A DNA stretch of 64,000 bases. Source: Utricularia gibba. Lineage: Eukaryota; Plantae; Magnoliophyta. Where the stretch lies: positions 558,001 to 622,000 of the forward strand of contig NEEC01000013.1 of the NCBI GenBank assembly GCA_002189035.1. Reading direction: 5' to 3'. Below the pieces are notes generated by a model. It did not search any database. It had not been told where the DNA came from and saw only the letters and a list, made by a program, of their open reading frames with translations. A program made the position numbers and the translations under genes. Shown piece by piece: positions 37,621-51,100 of the stretch (the first letter of the stretch is position 1; each line of letters starts with the position of its first letter).

Positions 37621-38715
37621 TCCATAGCTTCATGATAACACATATTTTTGAGTGATTGAGTATAGGAAATGACTCATATTGTTCTATAAAAATTAAGTTT
37701 TACTGCTTAGTTCTATATTTTCGTGCATAGTACCGTAGTTGTGTTATTTTAGTCTTAGTTTGGACTAAATCATAGATTTAGTCCCAACCTTTTAAGAGTT
37801 TTCTCTAAGCAATGCAGTATAGGTCGCAACACCAATCCCAAGGAGCCGGATATGAATAGCATAGAGGCAAAGGATGAGGCAAAAGTCAAAAAAGGATTAC
37901 ACACAAAATCTAAGGAAGGAAAAAGTGGAATTTTTGACAAAAAGGGGGACAGAATGGAGAGATAAAAATATCTCCCTCATTGGAGACACATGACACTTTT
38001 TTTTTCTGGAGAATGTTTCTGGGGGTTGAAGGAGGAAGACGAACCAGAAATGAAGATGATGTTTAAAGACTCTTTTCTGTTTCCAAGGAACATTACTCCT
38101 AATTAAGAGTAGTTAACGACATTTCTAGCTTTCTATTGAACTTTTAGATTCCCTGCTTGTTTATTTTCTGAGAGTTGACTGTTAGATGAGTACAATGTGG
38201 ATGATATTTTCTTTTCTATTTTTGTTTATCTTAAGCATGAGTGGCTAACTACTTAGGGGTGCCTTGGGGTGAAAAGGGGAGAAATGTGTTACTCAATCTT
38301 TAAACCTAATCAACCATAAGTCATGTCACTTCCTTAACAAACCAGTATAGATCCAGGAGGGGGAAAGATTAGGGGAAGGATTATGATCTATGTGAGCTTG
38401 TTTAGTGATAAGCATACATCCCTTCGGAGTCCCAAAGCATCACCCATTTCATCTCAGAAACAGCCGAGTTCCAAAGCTTGATACTTTTCTTTACTATATT
38501 CCATCGTAGCTTTGTCTTAGTCCTAGTTAAGACCAAATTTACCAACATGACATTGATTTCATGCATTGACTTTAACATGGCAAGCACCTGCTCTTCGTGT
38601 TCAACCCTAATCACTATGCTCATAATTGTATTATGCTTGAATGTGTGTTAAGTTATAAATTTATTTGATAGGGGAAAATTGCAATTTAACGATGTTGCTA
38701 ATTTTTCGTTTATCA

Positions 38716-38735
38716 AATTGATGCCGTTGACGAAG
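38716..38735 (+). promoter_or_regulatory. Degenerate primer-binding site (Athila tRNA-Asp type)
   Basis: AATTGATGCCGTTGACGAAG directly after the LTR end, compared with the Athila consensus TTGGCGCCGTTGCCGGGG. Confidence 0.7.
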
Positions 38736-38917
38736 AGCGGTGTTTTGTGATTCGGTTGATGCATTTGCGTTCTTCTGGTGTAGATGATCTTGTTTTCTAT
38801 CCAGAAATTGAGAGAGCTATCAGCAAGAACCGCACAAGAGTGAGAGAAGCAGCAAGGTTGAGCTGACTCCCTACTATAACTCAAATTGATTTTATCATGG
38901 AAGAATAGGAGAAGTCC

Positions 38918-39981
38918 TTGAATGAACTTGATGCAGCTGACCATACGTACAGGGGGCTGTGTATCAGGTTTTTTGATGACACAGCCAATGAATTAAAGCC
39001 TGCTATGATTGATTTTCTGCCTAAGTACTATGAAAAGGTAGGAGGAAACCCACATGAACATCTTGATAATGTCATTGCTGTTTGCACCTTGGAATCGTGG
39101 TATGTGAATTGTTTAATGTTTGGGGCATTGATTTTATGGGGCCATTCCCCACTTCTGCAGGCTATAACTTTATTTTATTGGCTGTTGATTACGTCTCAAA
39201 GCGGATTAAAGCCATTCCCGCAAGAACAAATGAAGCCAAGATAGTCATTAATTTTTTGCATAACAAAATTTTTGTGCGATATGGAACTCCTAAGGTATTG
39301 ATTAGTGACAGAGGTACGCACTTTTATAATCAAACCGTGAAAAATGTCTTGAAGTAGCTCGACGTTTGGTACAAGCCATCAACACCATACCATCCGAAAA
39401 CAAATAGGCAAACGAAGGTATCAAACATGGAGACTAAACAAATTTTGGAGAAAGTTGAGAACCCGAACAAGAAGAACTGGAGTCTGAGACTAATTGGGAC
39501 CTCTCCATTCAAGTTAGTTTATGGAAAACCTTGCAGGTTAACAGCTACATTAGAGCATAAGGCCTGGTGGGCAGTGAAGAGGCTGAACCTTAATGAAAGT
39601 CTCAGTGCAAGTCAAAGAAAGTTACAACTCTCAGAACTAGAGGAGCTGAGAAATGATGCCTACGAAAGCTCAAAGTTATTCAAAGATAGGAGTTAAAAGT
39701 ATCACGACAAGCATATTTGCAAGAGGTCCTTTGAAGTTGGTCACAAAATTTTGTTGTTTCAATTCAGGCTGAAATTACATCCAGGGAAACTAAAATCTCA
39801 TTGGATTGGACCATTTGTAGTGAAAAAAGTTTTCCCAAATGGAACAGTGGAGGTTTCTAATGGAAAGACTAATACAAGTTTTATTGTGAATGCACATAGG
39901 TTTAAGACTTTTTATGAAAATCTTGAAAACAAATTGGCTGAAGTTGAAGTTCTTGTCCTAAGGGAAACGGAAACAACATAG
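38918..39981 (+). pseudogene. Athila gag N-terminal fragment fused by deletion to integrase core and C-terminus
   Basis: ELKPAMIDFLPKYY...NPHEHL, then [16 protein letters not shown]...AVDYVSK...ISDRGTHF...SPFKLVYGKPC...GKLKSHWIGPF...VNAHRFKTF. Confidence 0.9.
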
Positions 39982-40328
39982 AGCCTGCTGAAAGTCTAGT
40001 CCAGGACTGAAAATAGGGACGCTCTTGGAAGGGAACCCAAGTTTCATTTCAATAGTTTTTATATTTATTTTCACGCCCTTTTACTTTTGCACTTTCAGAC
40101 TTAGCTAGGAGTTAGTTTGGAGAATTTATGTTGTGTTCCTGTTGCAAAATGGGGGAGTTATATTGTAGTTACAGACAAGGAACGTATAGGGGTCGTGAGT
40201 AATTGTCAGAATTTTACAAAATTGCCCTTAAACCCTCAGTGAATTTGGGGGTAAATTCCCCTGTAACGTTCATTAAGTTTCAAAATTTTTCAGTGTTCTT
40301 GACAATTCCAGAGAGGATAGCCCACAAG

Positions 40329-42172
40329 ATGCCTGCAAAGCGCCAACACCATAGCACTGTCGCAACAAAACCCAGCAAGAAAGCCGCAGTTGAGAGCAGT
40401 AAGCGCAAGAAAACTAGGGAGGATATTGGAATTGCTCTTACCCAAGAACAAAACAAGGTTGGGAATGCTTGAGAAGAACAGTTTCAGGGAGTTGATGTTT
40501 TTTTGCATGCTGCACATTTGGTGGAGCTCTCTCTCAAGAAACAAATGAATAACCTATGGTAGAGAGGAGGAGTCCACGGCTGAAAGGGAAAGAAAAATTG
40601 GTTGGTGAAGATGCACCTATTGAGCCACCCAAGATAGTATATCAAAAAAAGAAAAAGTGGAGGAAGGCTCAAAAGAAAGAGAAGGAGACCACCATGCAGA
40701 TAGGTGCTGTAATAGCAGAAACAAGGGTGGAAGAAGAGGTCGAACCTGAGACAGAAATTACACCAGCAAAGGTGGAGGAAGTCCCAGAAATTGCAGAGCA
40801 AGCAACTGAAGAAAAGGAAACAGAGGCTGGAGAAGCAAAACAAGTTCTAAAAGAAGATAAGGAGCCAACCACACGTACTGCTACAGTAGCAGAGGAGGAA
40901 GAGAATCACCAGAACCTGGTTGCAAAGAGGATGAGGAGCAAAACAAAGAAGCAGTAGGAACCCGAACCATAAATAGAGGAGTTGGAGAAAAATGCCATCG
41001 AGGAGGAGGAACAGGTGGAGAAAGAAAATGAGAAAATTTTTTACCTAACCTTGTCCCGTTGTTTTTTAGTTCAGGTAGACATGAAGAGGAAGAGAAGGGG
41101 AAATCAAAACGAAGAATGACCAATAAGGGCATTCCTTATTTTAAGCAGCATGTAGAGACACTAAACCTGAAGTATCTTCAGTTTGAGGGTGAAGAATTCA
41201 CCACCAGGTATAATCAGGTAAAAGGGACAAAGGTGATACCTTGCCGCATCATAGATTATGAGATATTGGTGGAATTGAGAATAGTTACTGAAGTCTATTC
41301 AATGCTAGAAAATTCTGGGCTGCTTATTTTGTGTGAATTGAATTATCCTTCCTACATTGAACTTATATATGAATTTGCTTCCACGTTCTGTTATGAAAAA
41401 CTAGAAACAGTGATTACACTAAGAGCAATTACATTTTAAATTGTTAGGAAAAGAATTTTCCCTCTCAATTGCTGAATGGTGTGTAACCTTAGGATTCTGT
41501 TTTGAGCAGCATGTTGACTCAAATGCGTTTGCCACCTCCTTATTTGATTATCTTGATGATTTCAATGCTGAGGAAGTGTATAAGGTGTTAACTAGTCAGC
41601 ATGTTATAGAGTTTAAACCTAAGGGTACAAAGGCTGATTTGTTTACAAAACCTACTGCATGATATGTCCATTTGCTGATTTATGTTGTGCTATTTGGAAG
41701 AGCCATAGGATTCAATATGTTATATAAACGTGAATTATTTGATATGTGGTGTTTGTTGTACAAGAAATCATTGAATTTAGGTGCAATGTTAGCAGAACAA
41801 ATGAACAGGGACTATAGGCGATGCAGCAACAACCATCTCGGGTTTGGTAATGTAATTAATCTTCTTGCTCAAAGACTGTGTGCTCATCGAATTTCTAAGC
41901 TATAATATTTTCATGTGGAGACAAAAATATTCCCTTTGAATGCTCATTTTCTTAAAACCGCTGGATTAATCCAAACTAGGGAGAGTGGTTTTGTGTTTAA
42001 ACCTCTAGCAGGAATTTGCAGCAATTTACCTGCACAAAAAGTAAAAACAGGGACCTCTCACCAAGGACCAAACAAAGTGAAGGAAGGAAAGGACTGCTAC
42101 TGCAAGGAAAAAATGGATATGATATATGACAGGCTTGGGGATTTGCTAAGGGAAGTGAAGGAGTTGAAATAG
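40329..42172 (+). pseudogene. Athila env-like extra ORF, disrupted
   Basis: Located between integrase and the 3' LTR. Long K/E-rich N-terminus, then YPSYIELIYEFASTF...FSLSIAEWCVTLGF...VVLFGRAIGFNMLYKRELFDMWCL...LNLG...GFGNVINLLAQRL, ending in a short coiled coil. Confidence 0.8.
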
Positions 42173-43345
42173 GGAATGAAGGACTCCTCCCTGATCAAGT
42201 AACATCGCTGCATTGCTTGAGCTTTATTTTTATTTTTATTTTTATTTTTATTTTTTTGACGTTAGTCTAAGTTAGGAATAATTTAGTAAAGCAATGTTAG
42301 GGTCAGGACAATTTTGTGAGTGGTTGAGGAATTTTCTTACAAGCATAGGATGTTTTTCATGATGCACGAAATACATGAATTTTGTCATGGCCATTTATGA
42401 ACCAGTGAGCATATTTTCTTTCGATTATTTTCATGAGGTAGCACACATGTTCAATGTAGTCGGATTGGTGCTTTCAAGATTTTTTTTTTAAGTAAATTTG
42501 CATGTGTTGATCTTTCATGGAAGATTGGTTGTCACGAAATCCATAGACAGCAAAAACAAAGGAGTTAGAAAGGATCATCACCAGAAAGCGATGTGACCCA
42601 CATCTTGAAAAATAACACACTACAAAAGAGCGTGTGTAGACGGCAGAGCAAAGAGCACAAGGAAGTTATGAGAAAAACTTAGGGGAGTAGATGGATCCCC
42701 TGGAGGAATAAGGAGGAGAGTGCATTGCCCACACTCACATATAAAGAGGGGAAGCAACAGTTACTTGAGTTGAACTCTAAATTTTCCCTAGTCTCGATCT
42801 CTCTAGGAAAAAGAATAGGAAAGAGAATGAAAAAAAAGGAGAGGAAAAATAGTAGTGACAACTAGCATTCTTTGAAGGTAAGCATATGCTATTTTTACTC
42901 ATTTAATTTTCGAATGCACCTTTCAGGATGAAACTGTCATGTATACTTGAGTGACACCCTCACATGCACACTGGCAGCATTGCAATTCATGCATTTTGAG
43001 CTAAATGTTAAGGAGGAAGACAAACCAAGAACGAAGCTGATGTTTGAAGACTATTTTCTGTTTTCAAGGAATATTACTCTTAGCTAGAAGTAGCTAACGA
43101 CATTTCAAGCTTTTTGTTGAACTCTTAGATTCCCTGGTTGTTTATTTTCTGATAGTCGACTGTGAGATGAGTACAATGTGGATGATGTTTTCTTTTCTAT
43201 TTTTGTTTATCTTAAGCATGAGTGGCTAACTACTTAGGGGTGCCTTGGGGAGAAAAGGGGAGAAATGTGCTAATCAATCTTTAGATTTAATTAACCATAA
43301 GTCACGTCATTTCCTTACAAACCAGGATAGATCCAAGAGGGGGAT

Positions 43346-44780
43346 TCCCATCGTTTTCTACTACCCTCCACACTTGCCGAGAGTTGTGTTCTAAAAAATA
43401 GAAATGACTTATTATTACTCATATAAACCTGACCAAGGTGTTTCTCCTCTCATAAGTTGGATTCCCATCATTGCCGTTTGCTTATCGACATTAACCTATT
43501 TCCCTCAAGGATTCTTTATTGGGTTTGATATTGAATCCCTCTAATATAGTAGGTCATGTATGATATTGAATGCCATAAACAACCGTGCCTTTGAAATATC
43601 TCAATAATCACTTCATAGCTACCTGCTCAATGACTTTCATCTGGTTTTTATGTGTATATATTGAATCTACCAATTTTTCACACTATGACAAGTTGGGTAT
43701 GATTCATTAGATACATCACACTTCCCATAATTTGAGCATATTTACTCTGGGACACAAGATCATTTTTATTTTTTTTTAAGCAAATATTTGTATCATACAA
43801 AGTCCGAGTTGGTTTCACATCATGAAAACCAAACTATTCTAAGAATTTCTCAGTATAATGACATTGAGTCAAGAGAAACCCTTCCTTGTTTCTCATGATT
43901 TTGACTCCCACTATCTAGTTAGCGTCACACATATCCTTCATTTTGAATTTTGATCTAGGAATTTCTTGACCTCTAGTACAGTGTCTAGCTTTGGCGCAAA
44001 GATCTGCATATAATCTACATAAATGATTATGATCCTACATTGATCATTAATAATTTGATTCGAAGTTTGACAATGTTATGACTTTATCAAGTTTTTCATG
44101 CCACTATTTAGGTGCATGTTACAAACCATGCAGTAACATCTTCAATCGACACAGATTTTTTCGTCTCCAACTTTTGTACAACCCCTAGGCTAAAGCATGT
44201 AGATTTCTTCTCTCAATTCATCATTCAAGAATGCCTTTTTTTTTTACATTCATTTGATAAACTGCCCAATGGTGCATAGATACCATTGCAAAGTATACTT
44301 GTATGGCTAAGAATTGAACCACTTGGGAAAATGTCTCCCTTTCTTCCATTCAAGCTTTGTATTTATCCATTTTACTATTTACAAAGAACTTTTTCTTAAA
44401 GATCTATTTGATATCAATTGACTATGACCCAGGGAGTAGATCCACTACTTCCCATACATTATTCTTAGAGATCGAATCCATCTCACAATCAATAGCCTCC
44501 AAGCACAATGGAGCATAAGGGGAAGTAATCGCATCATGATAGGTGAGAGGATCTCTACTAGTGAGATTCACACAAAAGTCATCAACAAAGCCAAATTCTG
44601 TTCTCTACAATTTGCATCGTCTAAGACGCACTTCATCTAAGGGTTCACTAATTTCATTGGTTTCATTGGTAGGTGTCTCACCACCACCATCTATTTGACT
44701 TTTCACTAGAGCAAAAAACGACCATATATGTGTGTATGACCATACGGATTGACATGCTTCCACAAAATTAGGTGAAAATT
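43346..44780 (-). mobile_element. Copia pol remnant (integrase tail, RT, RNase H)
   Basis: DPLTYHDAITS...EAIDCEMDSISKNNVWEVVDL; KMDKYKA; YQMNVK; APK*WHEK. Confidence 0.78.
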
Positions 44781-45179
44781 GTCCTCAAAAGTCACAAAAC
44801 ATGTTTCCCTTCAAAAAGATCAAAGTGATATGAAAGGTATAAAATATATCTAAAAAGATTGGGAAAGTAAAATAAAAGAGATGCAAAACTGACCTAACAA
44901 AGTCATGAAAGCATAAATATAATTGAAACAAAATCACTTATTAGCAATTAGGATAACCAATGAGTGAAAACCTGAAAAACCTCTCGCATGTGTCTGCAGG
45001 CCAAGCCCACGTTTCACCTCATTTTGATCTTGAGCCTATTAGGGTTACACATATATATTTGATTTATTTCTAAGGGATTGAAAAATCATTTAGGAGAGCA
45101 AGATATATGCTTGAGGTTTTACTCTTTTCTGATTCTTAGTGTCCAATTTTCAACAATCTAAAAGAGTTATCTCAATAGA

Positions 45180-48100
45180 TCATGCTGTTGTTTCCACTGA
45201 CGCCATAACCTCTGAGAACCCTATGTTGTAAATGATAAGGCTTGAGTAAAGGGGTAAGGGGTGTATAGACAAATAAATGAAATAAGGTTAAGCGATGAAC
45301 AATATAGAGAATATTCTTGGGATCGGAATCTTCCCTACCTATGTTCATCACGTCTTCACTCTACTCTAATCTTCTTGAGTACCCGGTTGCAACAGTTGGG
45401 AATTTCTTTGCAATGGGAAGATAAAAAGCCTTGCCATCATATGCTCATGGTCAAATTGTGCACATGTGTTGGAGTATTACCAATGACCCAATGAGTCTAG
45501 ATACGAGATCACTATTTGTTTATTGATCCTAATGCATGGGTACATACAAAACGTTATCTCCCTAAAATCAATAGGTCAAATAGGGCAGTAATCAGCTAAC
45601 AATGAATTTTAAATAAGAAGACAGTTACAGAAAGATTGTAACATAATCATGCAGAGACAAATGTAATCCGGTCAGATTTGAAAAAGAAATGAAGATTAAC
45701 TAATGAAATGTAGAACTTGGAGTCTCCCAGCCTAGAAACAAAAGTTTCTAGCCCCGAACGACCATACAAGCAAAAGAAAACGAAAGGAGAGTTCTAGAGA
45801 GAAGCTAGAAGAGAAATATTATATTGAGATAAAACTAAGTCTAAATTGAAAAACTAGAATTGAAAGTCCCCCTTTCTGAACTGAAACTCAACTACTTCTA
45901 TGTGAGTTTTCGTGTTCCTCTGACACTAATACGCTAATGATTTCATCTATCAGAGTCTCCCATATAACACACATCCAGGCTCATCATTAAATGTTTTTCA
46001 GACTTATGGAAATCAAGAAAATATAAGTTCGAGAAGATCTATTTTGTCACCATATGATATTCTATTTTTCACACTTCCTGCCACATGTTCTCTCCCAACA
46101 AAACTTGAACAAAACTAGATAAAAAATATTAGATAAAACAAATAAAATAAAATACTTACTATAATTTAGGTAAAATCAAAAAGTTACACTATAAGATCTT
46201 AACCAAACAACTTTGATTATATTTAGATATTAAAATATCTTAAAAGATAGTAATAAAATGACACACAACATAATCTCCCACACTTAAATCATATTTGTCC
46301 TCATGTATGAAAAAAAAATTTACAATCCATAATTGTGGCAGTACATAATGGACGATACATAACCAAGGTAACCTGTTATTCTCTCACTGCATGTATGTCT
46401 TCTATTTCTTCCCAAACTCTTCAAGTGATTTTAAGCATGCTACTTAAATAATAGAATCGGGTAAAAGACAGTTAGGGATCAATCTCTGATATTGGGCAAA
46501 CTCAAAGATAAAAAGAAAACATAGTAAGGAAGAAATACGAAAAACTGTCAAAATACTAAAACGAATAAATAGTTCATTTGATTAGGAAGGTACCTTAACG
46601 ATGGTGTGGCATGGAAGTGCCATGGTGTCTAGTTTGGAAGACAGTATGGCAATCTAGCACTCTAGATCTTGGTGGGCCAGCAAGAGGGTGGTGCATTTGT
46701 TCAAAGATGTCGGGGCGGTCATCAAAGGAACGTTATAGGATTCACCGTATGGATCTACAATAGTGTGCAGCTTTACGGTGGTCTTACTCTTCTCTTTCGC
46801 TAGGACGAAGATGGCACGGCCTCACACTTCCTTGAGGTAGCTGCACTAAAAAGGTCAATCAAATCAAGATATCATAAATGAGCCTCTACCTTGGGTGTGT
46901 TGGCAGTGAGATCCATCTTTAGGTGCATCGCGATCTTAGTAATGAGAGAGGCAAATAGAAGCACTCATCGGCTATGCGATGCCGCTTTTTTCAAGTGTGT
47001 GGCAATCCACCAGCCAAGGTTGATTGGGATCTTCTTCATCATAGCCTAGAGGAAAAATACCACCACCCTCGAGACCACACTAGTGCCCTGGTGAGTAGCA
47101 GAATAACATCCTCCAAGGACCTGTTCAACACTAATAGCGTAGGGGCCTTCGAGTGATAGGCCACGAGTTTGGTACTAATGAACGGTGGCTCACATACAAA
47201 TATGGAACCATAAGCAACATGAACATCAAAAGATATAAGATAATCACAACAAGGTTGAAAATAATGAGCAGAAGTCATTTCATCCTCACACATAAAACCA
47301 AGACTAACATCTACTGCTCCCATCTTGATTTTTTGGTCTACCTCTAAATCAAGCATCTAAGTTGTGAAGCTACTTGTTCCCCTCCTTAGGTCTATCCATA
47401 GTTTGATAGAAACAAGAGTTAATAAAACAATGATCAATTTTTTTAAAACTCCTAGATCCACACCACCATGCTTCACCTTAAGGCACTCCTAGGGTTTAGC
47501 TACTCATGCTTTGAAGGTAAAATGGAATAGCATTAACATAAACAACGAAAATGTTGAGGACATCATGCAGAAGTTGGTTGCAGAAGCTAAAAACATAAAC
47601 AAACGAAAATATAGCAGTAAAGTTTATTGATTCCGTCTGCCAATGTTCACAGGCTGGAACAGTGACGCTAAACTGGGTCTTGATCTTCTTCCTTCAAGCT
47701 GGAGGTTCTTCTCCAGAAAAATCTCTTTTCTTCCTCCTCCTTCAGTCTCTTCGTGTTCGAGTTGGGTTGGGGGAGAAACCCCCTCGTGTGTTCTCTGAAA
47801 ATTCTGGGGTGAATCCCTCCTTTTTGCGACTCTCTCTCCTCATCTTTCTCTTGTCTCCCACTATCCAAGGTAAGTACATTCTCTAACAAAGTAAAAGAGG
47901 AAAGAGATAATTAACGTATGGGTTGCTTCATACGTATCACCAATTTAAAGTTGTTGACCAAATTGGTGTATTACTAATGAGACTCAAGCAAGAGCAAACA
48001 CCAAATTGTTTGCAGCCAAAAGTTCTCATAATAGGGTTTCAACCTATGCTCATTGATCTTGAAACATTTCCATGTCTCATAAGAACATAGAACAATAGCA

Positions 48101-51100
48101 TCATAGCAGAAAACATATGCAACTTCATATGATCCTTGCCATTTGGATCTTAATTTTCAAGGAAAAACTTTCAAAGTGGTATCATATAAAATTTTCAAAA
48201 TACTTACTCTCATGGAAGTATTTTACCTTCTCCTTGTAGATCAAGTGATTAGAGTAGGCATTCAAGTGGATCTCCTCTAATTCATTCAAATCCAGTAGTA
48301 TCTTTTCTCTAGTTTGATCGCTAACCAGCTTTATGATGAATCTTCAATGGAGGGTGGCAAGACTTAATATAGATCATCCGAAAAGGAGACATTTAAATGG
48401 GATTTTTGTATGATGTACAATAGGCCCATAATGGATCATTCAACCCGAGGCTCTAGCCTCTTCTGTTCGAATTCACCATTTGTTTTAGAATGCATTTGAT
48501 CTCTCAATTTTAGTTCTTGGCCTACCCATTTATATGAGGATGCTTAGCTATAGAAAGACAATGATGAACTCCGAATTTTGTTAGCATGGCCAAAATAAGA
48601 ATCTTGGGATAACAAAAACTGGGAAAAATGTGAGAAGTTAGGAGATAATTTACAGTCCTGTTGTCATCTTTCTCACATGCCATAGTTTCCACCCACTTGG
48701 AAACATAATCAACAGCAAGAAAGATATAGGTCTTTCTCTTTAACGGGGGGAAAGGTCTCATAAAGTCAATCTCCAATCATCAAAAATCTCGCACATCACA
48801 ATAGTTGAAGTGGCATTTGATCCTTGAAACCTATGCCTCCACCTCTTTGGAAATTAGGGCATGCCTTGCAATGAACATATGCATCTTGAAAAAGTGTGAA
48901 CCAATAAAATTCAGCCTCAAAGACTTTGTTAGCTATGACCTTTGGACCAAAATGCCCCACATAGGGTAAGTCATGAAAATGAGTAAGAATAAAGCTCACT
49001 CTATGAGGGATGCACCAACAAAGGATTTGGTCAGGTCCAATGATGCTTGTCGTTTCCACAACAAATTTTAATATTTTTTTTTTAAAACTCATAAAACACA
49101 AAAGCGTAATACGGGTGTCGAACACAGGGAGTTGTTTTTGAGTGAAAGGTAAGGTACACAGAATACAACTGTCACGATTTGTAAATGGTTTTGAAAGTAA
49201 AAAGGTGTGAGAAACGTTAATGATGAAACTTGAGTAAGGTAATAAGAGGGGTTTGAACAGACAACAGAAATAAACGTAAGCGATGAACCTTAAATAAAGT
49301 AAATGTTCCTAGGATTGGAATCCTGTCCAGCTATGTTCGTTGCGCCTTCACTCTTCTCCGGTCTTCTCGAGTTCTCGGTTATAGGAGTAAGGAATTGCCT
49401 ACCCACCGTTACACTCTCTTGCAAGAACGCATGGGAATAGCCCCATGTTGCTCCTCCTTGGATGAATGTGAGAATAAGAGGTCCTGCTAGCGTACCCTCA
49501 TGGCCGAATTGCGCACGTGTGCCCGAGTGTTGCCAATAACTCAATGAGTCCAGATACGAGGTCACTACCTGTCCATTGATCCTGAGGTACGGCCATAGAC
49601 AAAACATTGTCTACCTCCTACCAAAAGGGCTCGAGTTGGTGCTTTCCACCTTGCTCCTCTCCAAAATCCGAGGGTAGTGATCAGCTAACCATGAACCTTG
49701 AATAAGGGGACTGTTACAGAAAGACTACAACATAGTCGTGCGAAGACATACGAAACTCATTCGGATTCAAAGAAGAGATGAAGATAAGCTAACGAAACAT
49801 AGATTTGGGAGTGTTCCAACCCAGAAACGGAAGTCTCTAGCCGTGAACGACTATACAAACTAAAGAAAACTAAATAAGGTTCTAGAGAAAAGCTAAAGGA
49901 GAGTTCCTCTAGAGAGAGAAAACAAAGTCTAAACTAAAACTGAAAGTAAAACTCTCAGCTTGTCTCAACATAAGTGAACTTCAATGAGAGTGTGAGCTTT
50001 CGTGTCCCTGTGATTCTGCTGAACTTGGGATGACTTGCAAGCAAATGTCTGCTCTGACTCTCGTACGCTAATGATGTCTCCTATCAAAGACTCTCGTGTT
50101 CCGTATGTCAAGGCTCATGATTAGGTGTATGCAGTCTTTCGTAAATCAAGGGAATGTTGGCTCGGGAAGATTCAATTTGTTGCCATTTGATGCCCTCTTT
50201 CTCTCACTTACTGCCATGTGTGCACCTCTAGAAAAACTCAATTGAAACTAGTAAAATTAATAGATAAAATACAAGATTTAGGATAATTACCCTAAACTAG
50301 ATAAAAACCTAAATCTCATATTATAGACTCCTAATTAGACACTTTTAATCATAATAAGCATAAAATCAACCTAGGAAATAGTAAGAAAATGACACTTAAC
50401 ATCCAATCTCTCATAGGTATGAGTCACCCCAAACGTAGTGAATGCTATCACTCCGCAATGTCTCCTTTTGATAATGCTAGAAGTCCTCCGAGAACTGTCC
50501 TATTGCAAGAAAATTCACAATGTCTATATAAAAGGGGGTTCTGTTATGAATCATGAATAAGTGCTCATCATGGAAGTTGTTGTTAATGGGGCTGGATGCT
50601 TCTTCATAGGTGATGTAGTTAAGGTGATCTACAACTAAATTCTCACATTCCTTCTTATCTCGGATTTCTATATCAAACTCCTGGAGCAATAGGATCCATT
50701 GGATATAACGAGATTTGGAATCCTTTTTGTTTAGGAGATATCTCAATGCTGCATGATCGAAGTAAACAATGATCTTGGCTCCAAGCAAGTAGGGTCTGAA
50801 TTTTTCCAAGGCAAAGATGATGAAAAAAAGCTCCTTCTCTATTGTTTTGTAATTCCTTTGGGCATCATCCAAGAACTTTGAGACATAGTAGATCACGTGT
50901 GATCCCTTCTCCATCTTTTGTCTAAGGACTGCTCCTAATGTTACATCACTACTTTCACATATTAACTTAAAAGGCAAATCCCAATTAGGTGGCTAAACTC
51001 TTTGAGATCTACACTTGTACTAAACTTATTTGTGTTTTATATTTTTTCTAATTAAAATTCATTGAAGAAATTACACGCAACACCCTTGATGGCATCTAAA

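Larger units (their letters stand above)
37633..43345 (+). mobile_element. Non-autonomous Athila-like element: 5' LTR (37633-38715), PBS, truncated gag joined to integrase, env-like ORF, partial 3' LTR (about 43010-43345)
   Basis: LTR family A termini; PBS follows; gag, integrase and env-like motifs inside. 43010-43345 is homologous to about 38030-38365. Confidence 0.9.
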
